A DNA stretch of 52,788 nt, taken from contig JACQSB010000002.1 in NCBI GenBank assembly GCA_016206175.1, forward strand, positions 1 to 52,788. Direction: 5' to 3'. This DNA comes from Candidatus Uhrbacteria bacterium (GTDB lineage: Bacteria; Patescibacteriota; Patescibacteriia; JACQRZ01). Position 1 is the first letter of the stretch. Each line of letters opens with the position of its first letter. The position numbers and the translations under genes are program-made. A model generated the notes under the pieces. The model was not told the DNA's origin, made no database searches, and saw nothing but the letters and a program-made list of their open reading frames with translations. Shown piece by piece: positions 47,407-52,788 of this stretch.

Positions 47407-48591
47407 TTATTCCCCGAGCGTTACTTTTACAAAACTGCGCTTCCCCTTTTTGATGAGTGAACCGTTTTTTGTGAGTGTAAGAATCTCATTCGGATTTTTT
47501 ACTGGCGTATCACCAACTGTAACCCCGCCTTGCTCGATAACGCGACGCGCTTCCGCTTTGCTTGACACGAGTTTTGCAAATATAAGGATTTCCGCAAGAA
47601 GCATCTTTTTTTGTGGGATCACAACGAGTGGAATCTCGTCAGGCATGCCCTTCTGTTGAAACACTTGGATAAACTGCAGTTCAGCCTCCTGCGCGCCCTT
47701 TGCAGAATGGAACAGTGTGACGATTTCACGAGCAAGCATCATCTTTGCGTCGCGAGGATTAAGTGTTTGTGTCTTGATTTGCCGCGACATGGTCTGCAGC
47801 TCCTTTTCGTCGATGCGTGTGAGGTATTCAAAATATTTCCAGATCAACGCATCCGGGATCGACATGATCTTGCCGTACATATCATGAGGGTCAGTTGTGA
47901 GCGAGATGTAATTGTTGAGGGATTTACTCATCTTGTCTTTGCCGTCGAGCCCCTCGAGGATCGGCACCATGAGAATATTCTGTGGTTGCTGGCCATACCG
48001 TTCCTGCATTTGCCGTCCCATCAAAAGGTTAAACTTTTGGTCTGTCCCGCCGAGCTCAACGTCTGCTTGCAGTACCACTGAGTCATACCCTTGCAGTAAG
48101 GGGTAGAGAATCTCAGGTACTGATATTTCATCGCCGCGCTTTACCCGATCTTTGAACTCTGCACGGTGCAGCAGCTGTGTCACGCTCGTCAATGCGCTCA
48201 CGCGAATCAAATCGGTCAAGTCCATTTTTCCATACCATTCAGAATTGTATCGCACTTCTATCTTATCTGTATCAAGTACTCGTCTCGCTTGCGCAAGGTA
48301 TGATTTCATATTTTGCTTAATCTGTTCGTCAGAGAGCGGTACGCGCTGTTTGTTGCGTCCCGAAGGATCACCGATGCGTGCGGTAAAATCACCAATGAGA
48401 AAGATAACGGTATGGCCGGCGTCCTGAAACTCTTTGAGTTTGAGTAGGACTACCGCATGTCCGAGATGCAATAAGTCGCCGGTGGGATCAATACCAAATT
48501 TAACCCGCAGTTTTTTGCCGGACTGCAATTTTTTTTCAAGCTCTTTTTTTACGATAGCTTCCGCAACTCCGCGAGTAAGGATGTGAGGCAT
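47407..48591 (-). CDS. tyrS: Tyrosine--tRNA ligase
   Basis: KFGIDPT..LHLGH, GDFTARIGDPSG, YPLLQGYDS, GGTDQKFN, KMSKS, C-terminal S4 domain. Confidence 0.97.
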   Translation of the reverse strand: MPHILTRGVAEAIVKKELEKKLQSGKKLRVKFGIDPTGDLLHLGHAVVLLKLKEFQDAGHTVIFLIGDFTARIGDPSGRNKQRVPLSDEQIKQNMKSYLAQARRVLDTDKIEVRYNSEWYGKMDLTDLIRVSALTSVTQLLHRAEFKDRVKRGDEISVPEILYPLLQGYDSVVLQADVELGGTDQKFNLLMGRQMQERYGQQPQNILMVPILEGLDGKDKMSKSLNNYISLTTDPHDMYGKIMSIPDALIWKYFEYLTRIDEKELQTMSRQIKTQTLNPRDAKMMLAREIVTLFHSAKGAQEAELQFIQVFQQKGMPDEIPLVVIPQKKMLLAEILIFAKLVSSKAEARRVIEQGGVTVGDTPVKNPNEILTLTKNGSLIKKGKRSFVKVTLGE

Positions 48592-48593
48592 AG

Positions 48594-48908
48594 TTATTTT
48601 TTGGTTACCGGAAACCGCTTTGCGTTTTTTTCCATCTTTTTTATCATTGCTTCATCTAAGGAGACCCCAAGGGTATTGGCAAGGCAGAAAAGGTAGAGGG
48701 CTACATCGGCAAGTTCTTCACCGATTTCATCTTTATGATGAGCGGCGTAGCTTATCGCTTCTTCGGTGTTGATCCACTGGAAGTGCTCCATGACTTCCGC
48801 TGCCTCGATCGCGATTGACATCGCAAGATTTTTAGGAGTGTGATGCCTCCCCCATCCACGCTCTTCATCAAATGCTTGTATTTTTTTTGTGATCTCTTCG
48901 AACGTCAT
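48594..48908 (-). CDS. MazG-like nucleotide pyrophosphohydrolase (dCTPase-like)
   Basis: ERGW..HTPKNLAMSIAIEAAEVMEHFQW, EELADV, KMEKNAKRFP. Confidence 0.9.
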   Translation of the reverse strand: MTFEEITKKIQAFDEERGWGRHHTPKNLAMSIAIEAAEVMEHFQWINTEEAISYAAHHKDEIGEELADVALYLFCLANTLGVSLDEAMIKKMEKNAKRFPVTKK

Positions 48909-48909
48909 A

Positions 48910-51603
48910 TCATGCAGTGAATTTTTCTTGCTGTTCTTGTAAATGCGTTATCTTGTCCTGCAACTCGGCAAGATGCTCCTGCTCTTTTTTTACGATGTTT
49001 TTGGGCGCCTTGGCAAGAAACTGCTGGTCGGCAAGCCGCGCGCGCAGCGACTCAATCTGGCTTTGAGTTTCAGCAAGCTGTTTTGCTATTTTTGTTTTTT
49101 CTTCCTCGATTCGCATGAGTCCAAGCGGAAGATAGACCTCTACGTCAGCGATTTTGAGAAAGATGGCGTTTGACGGCCGATCTCCCTTGTCGATGATTGT
49201 GACAAAGTCGAGCGAGGCGAGCCGTTTGAGGTGCGGCTCATGTGTTTGGAGCAGCTCGGATCGAGCCGGACTATACAACACCGCCTGAATCTTCTGCGAA
49301 GCAGAAATGCCATTCTCTACGCGCGCGTTACGGATTGCCTGAATGATCGTACGGATGAGAGTAAAATCTTCCTCTGCTTTTTTGTCGGTGTATTTTTTCT
49401 GCACGTGCGGCCATGGGTGCGTGATGAGAAGCGGCGGCTGCTCTGTCTTTTCGTCCAGCAGATCTTTTGCTGCCTCGCGATACTGCTGATACAGAACCTC
49501 TGTGACAAACGGGATGAAAGGATGCCAGAGCGCGAGCACGGCGCGCAACAGGGAAAAAAGAATCGGCCGTTTGCCGCCTTCTACTTTCGCGCACTCCACA
49601 TACCAGTCCGCGAGTTCATCCCATGTGTAGGATCGCAAGGCTTCGGCTGCTTGGGAAAAACGGTACTGTTTGATATGCGTCGTCACTTCTTCCACTACCA
49701 CGTTGAGACGACTGATGATCCAGGCATCTGCCGTGGAGAGTCCTTGTTTTGCGCTTGAGGAGGCAGGCTCCTTTTCTGAGAACTCTATGATGTAACGGCC
49801 GATGTTCCACAGTTTGTTTACAAAATTGCGATAGCTTGCGATTTTTTCTTCATTGAGCCGCAAATCATTTCCCGGTGTTACGCCAACCACCATGCTTGCG
49901 CGCAGTGCGTCCGCGCCGTATTTCGGAATAACATCGAGCGGATCGATGAGAGTCTCTTCTTTTGTTTTGCTCATCTTTTTGCCTTCGATATCGAGCACAA
50001 GGCCATGGAGGTATACTGTTCGAAACGGCTCTTCTCCAAGAACATACTCCGACATGAGGATCATGCGCGCCACCCAAAAGAAAAGTATGTCATAGCCCGT
50101 TTCCATAACAGATGTCGGATGAAACGTCGCAAGATCACCGGTCTTTTTTACCTTGCCTGCTTTTTCTTCTGCGGCGTCGGGCCAGCCGAGCGTGGAGAAT
50201 GTCCAGAGTCCGGAGGAAAACCATGTGTCAAAGGTATCTTCATCTTGTATAAGCGTTTCCTTCTTGCACTTCTGGCAGAAATCAGGCTTATCAGCGCTTA
50301 CGACTGTTTCTCCGCACCCGCCTTTTTCTTTTTTGCAGTAATACACCGGCAGCTGATGGCCAAACCAGATTTGTCGCGAGATGCACCAGTCACGCAAATT
50401 GTCGATCCAATGATAATATATTTTTTCAAACCGGTGCGGGATGATCGTGATACGCTTTGACTCCACTGCCGTGCGCATGAGTTCTTTGAGTGATTTTTTG
50501 CCCCGCGGTGTTGGTGCGTTGACGTTGACAAACCACTGGAGGGATGGCAACGGTTCTACAGGCGTATCACAACGATAGCAGACAGAGAGATTATGCTGGT
50601 ACTGTTCGTCGATATGGTCTACTACTCCTTTTGCCTTGAGCTTTTCTATGATAGCTTCGCGACTCTCCCGAGCGTTTTTGCCGGCAAAATCTCCCGCTTC
50701 CTTTGTGAGATTTCCGTCTTCGTCAATGATCTTAACTACGGGCCGGTGATATTTTTTTGCTAAATCAAAGTCCTCAAAGCTGTGGGCGGGGGTGATCGTC
50801 ATGGCGCCGGTGCCAAATGTTTGGTCAACGATTGGATCCGCAATCACATGTGCCGATATCGGACCTTCGATCCATTCTGTCATAAATTCTTTTCCAATAA
50901 GATCTTTGTAGCGGGGATCGTCAGGATGCACGACGATTGTTTTGTCTTGGAATTTCGTCTCCGGGCGCGCCGTGCCGATAATAACCGGACCAAATTTGAA
51001 ATAGTAAAATTTTGTTGTCTCCGGTTTGTATTTCACTTCGTCATCGGATAGCGTTGAATGGCAACGTGGACACCAGTTCACCATGCGATAGTCTCGATAG
51101 ATCAGCCCGTCGTTATACATTCTGACAAAAACCTCGTTCACTGCACGCGACAATCCTTTATCCAGCGTGTAGCGTTCGCGTGACCAGTCACAGCTCGCGC
51201 CAACTTTTCTGATCTGCGTGCGGATGCGCGCACGCGATTCCGCCACGTACGTTTCCACATGCGCGATGAATTGTTCTCTTCCGAGTTCATGGCGCGTACG
51301 TCCTTCTTTCGCAAGCATTTTTTCTACCTTGTTTTGTGTAGCGATCGATGCGTGATCAGTGCCAGGGAGCCAGAGCGTCTTGTCTCCGATCATGCGGTGA
51401 TAGCGGATCATAAGATCCTGGAGCACGAGCATCATCGAATGTCCGATATGCAGCGTGCCGGTTGCGTTTGGCGGTGGCATGGCGATGGAAAACGGTTTGG
51501 CCCCTCGGTCGGCGCTGTCAGGATTAAACGCGCCTGATTCCTCCCATTGTTTGTACACGGAGTCTTCGTATTCACTTGCGTTGTAAGTCTTTGAGAGGGG
51601 CAT
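48910..51603 (-). CDS. valS: Valine--tRNA ligase
   Basis: PPPNATGTLHIGH, PGTDHA, DWCISRQIWFGH, DTWFSSGLW, GYDILFFWVARM, KMSKT, C-terminal coiled coil. Confidence 0.97.
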   Translation of the reverse strand: MPLSKTYNASEYEDSVYKQWEESGAFNPDSADRGAKPFSIAMPPPNATGTLHIGHSMMLVLQDLMIRYHRMIGDKTLWLPGTDHASIATQNKVEKMLAKEGRTRHELGREQFIAHVETYVAESRARIRTQIRKVGASCDWSRERYTLDKGLSRAVNEVFVRMYNDGLIYRDYRMVNWCPRCHSTLSDDEVKYKPETTKFYYFKFGPVIIGTARPETKFQDKTIVVHPDDPRYKDLIGKEFMTEWIEGPISAHVIADPIVDQTFGTGAMTITPAHSFEDFDLAKKYHRPVVKIIDEDGNLTKEAGDFAGKNARESREAIIEKLKAKGVVDHIDEQYQHNLSVCYRCDTPVEPLPSLQWFVNVNAPTPRGKKSLKELMRTAVESKRITIIPHRFEKIYYHWIDNLRDWCISRQIWFGHQLPVYYCKKEKGGCGETVVSADKPDFCQKCKKETLIQDEDTFDTWFSSGLWTFSTLGWPDAAEEKAGKVKKTGDLATFHPTSVMETGYDILFFWVARMILMSEYVLGEEPFRTVYLHGLVLDIEGKKMSKTKEETLIDPLDVIPKYGADALRASMVVGVTPGNDLRLNEEKIASYRNFVNKLWNIGRYIIEFSEKEPASSSAKQGLSTADAWIISRLNVVVEEVTTHIKQYRFSQAAEALRSYTWDELADWYVECAKVEGGKRPILFSLLRAVLALWHPFIPFVTEVLYQQYREAAKDLLDEKTEQPPLLITHPWPHVQKKYTDKKAEEDFTLIRTIIQAIRNARVENGISASQKIQAVLYSPARSELLQTHEPHLKRLASLDFVTIIDKGDRPSNAIFLKIADVEVYLPLGLMRIEEEKTKIAKQLAETQSQIESLRARLADQQFLAKAPKNIVKKEQEHLAELQDKITHLQEQQEKFTA

Positions 51604-51609
51604 AGGGTG

Positions 51610-52140
51610 CTAGTATTTTCTGCTCGCGTCGTATAGTTTTGTTACAAAGCGATTTACTCGTTCATGTGCTTTTGCGCCAAGGAGGGCATAGGAGGTAATG
51701 AGGGTGTCAATCATCCGGATAGTACTTGAATTCCCGGATTGCCAGCTGCTGGCCTGCCGTTTGTCCTGTGTTAGCATTTGAGTCAACGCATTTTCAAATA
51801 GCTTCCCAAGCTCCTCCGGATCAGTTTGTTCCTCGAGTTCAGTGTTGACAGTGCTCTCCTCAATTACATCGGCGCGTATCGCGGCCCATGATTCTACCAT
51901 GTTTGCGAGGTATGCGTTCATATTTTCTAACACATCCTTGAGCGGATATTTCCCAGGCTCTTTGAGCAGCCTGCGGATCGCTTTGGTGAGATTGACGATA
52001 TTCTGTTTGTCGTCGATTTCCAACCCTTCTTGCTCCGCTGCGCTTGAACGGTCAAGAGGAGTAATGAACCTACTCTTATCAAGTGGTGCGGTTTCCGCGC
52101 CCTGGCGGTACATTCTTGCAAGATCATCTGGTCTTTTCAT
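51610..52140 (-). CDS. Hypothetical helical protein
   Basis: 176-aa ORF ending 6 nt before valS; upstream TTGCGC-17 bp-TACGCT on the minus strand. Confidence 0.7.
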   Translation of the reverse strand: MKRPDDLARMYRQGAETAPLDKSRFITPLDRSSAAEQEGLEIDDKQNIVNLTKAIRRLLKEPGKYPLKDVLENMNAYLANMVESWAAIRADVIEESTVNTELEEQTDPEELGKLFENALTQMLTQDKRQASSWQSGNSSTIRMIDTLITSYALLGAKAHERVNRFVTKLYDASRKY

Positions 52141-52342
52141 ATAGTGAAATATATGCTCTAGCGTACAATATGCTCTCCTCTAGCGCAAGACTCCTGTGCT
52201 TGCCTATTCTCTGCATTGATAGCAGTGTGCGTCTCTCGGGGTAGTCCCCTGCGGCCGCATTCAGAGGCATGAGATATGTTTGCTGACTTAAACCAGAGCC
52301 AGAGTAGATTTTTTACGAAATCCCGCTATACTATGGCAATAT

Positions 52343-52418
52343 GCGCCCATAGCTCAGGGGTTAGAGCAGTCGTCTTATAAGCGACCGGTCCCTGGTTCAA
52401 ATCCAGGTGGGCGCACCA
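52343..52418 (+). tRNA. tRNA-Ile(UAU)
   Basis: GCGCCCATAGCTCAGGGGTTAGAGCA-GTCGT-CTTATAA-GCGAC...GGTTCAAATCC...GGGCGCACCA; anticodon TAT; TATACT -10 box just upstream. Confidence 0.93.
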
Positions 52419-52484
52419 ATACAGAACTGAATGGTTTTTAGTAACTGCAAGTAGAGCGTTAGCTATCTTTTTCTACATACAAAT

Positions 52485-52638
52485 CAACTATCTCTGATCG
52501 TCCACTATCAACATGGCGTGATTTTTTGGTATTGTTTGGGGAACGCTTGCGGCTTACGGCTTATCGACGCTTTATTCCCTCGCGCTTTCCTATTTTCTCA
52601 ACAGAAAAGAATATAGGAGTGTAGCTGTGAGGCAGTGA
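52485..52638 (+). pseudogene. Possible frameshifted C-terminal remnant of a PAP2-family membrane phosphatase
   Basis: Removing one T from the T6 run at 52522-52527 gives VHYQHGVIFGIVWGTLAAYGLSTLY, similar to the PAP2 VHYP.DV..G...G motif. Confidence 0.3.
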
Positions 52639-52740
52639 AATAACCTGACGGCTATTTCTTTTTCTGATACTTAAGTCGCACAATATAATTTTATAACACG
52701 AAAAAAAGTAATTACTTTGAATTGCGAAATACCTTATAAT

Positions 52741-52775
52741 GTCATTCCGACAGACTGAAAGGAGTGGAGGAATCT
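52741..52775. repeat. GTCATTCCGA...GAGGAATCT-type REP-like half element
   Basis: GTCATTCCGACAGACTGAAAGGAGTGGAGGAATCT; the partner arm probably lies beyond the window end. Confidence 0.5.
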
Positions 52776-52788
52776 ACCTATTCTAAAA

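Noticed and set aside
47407-52340. T-box leaders for valS/tyrS
   Set aside because: The genes are separated by 1-6 nt and no T-box sequence was recognised upstream.
1-52788. CRISPR array, rRNA, tmRNA, IS transposase or alternative genetic code
   Set aside because: No regularly spaced repeats or such genes were seen, and TGA terminates several conserved genes normally (cca, xfp, nusB), consistent with code 11.

Overview
A gene-dense chromosomal window that looks like a Patescibacteria (CPR, Parcubacteria/ABY1-like) genome. The taxonomy is inferred from gene content, SD-poor starts and tRNA-Ile(UAU). It holds six tRNAs (Ala x2, Val x2, Leu, Ile-UAU) and information-processing genes (CCA enzyme, RluA family, rplS, rpmF, nusB, rnc, gyrA, argS, tyrS, valS). 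Sugar-phosphate genes are fbp, fbaB, glmS, pta, xfp, yvcK, pgk, prs, ugd and otsA/otsB; there are also transporters and several orphan proteins. I saw no rRNA, CRISPR array, integrase or transposase. Main leads: (1) a TrmB-glmS-(acetyltransferase-only GlmU)-pta-phosphoketolase-yvcK/glmR operon that could make UDP-GlcNAc from fructose-6-P while supplying its own acetyl-CoA; (2) a DUF2378-like protein translationally coupled to a soluble HAMP-PAS histidine kinase; (3) a transporter + DHFR-like + CofE-like (FolC2-type) folate salvage operon; (4) an RHH-nucleotidyltransferase fusion with a candidate operator; (5) a trehalose-6-P synthase fused to a membrane sensor; (6) a GC-rich islet with boxA-like motifs, SD sites and a structured leader; (7) an intergenic palindromic repeat also found in-frame in ArgRS; (8) tRNA-Ile(UAU) and a ValRS with an altered editing site. 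All family calls come from motif recognition by eye, not from database searches.
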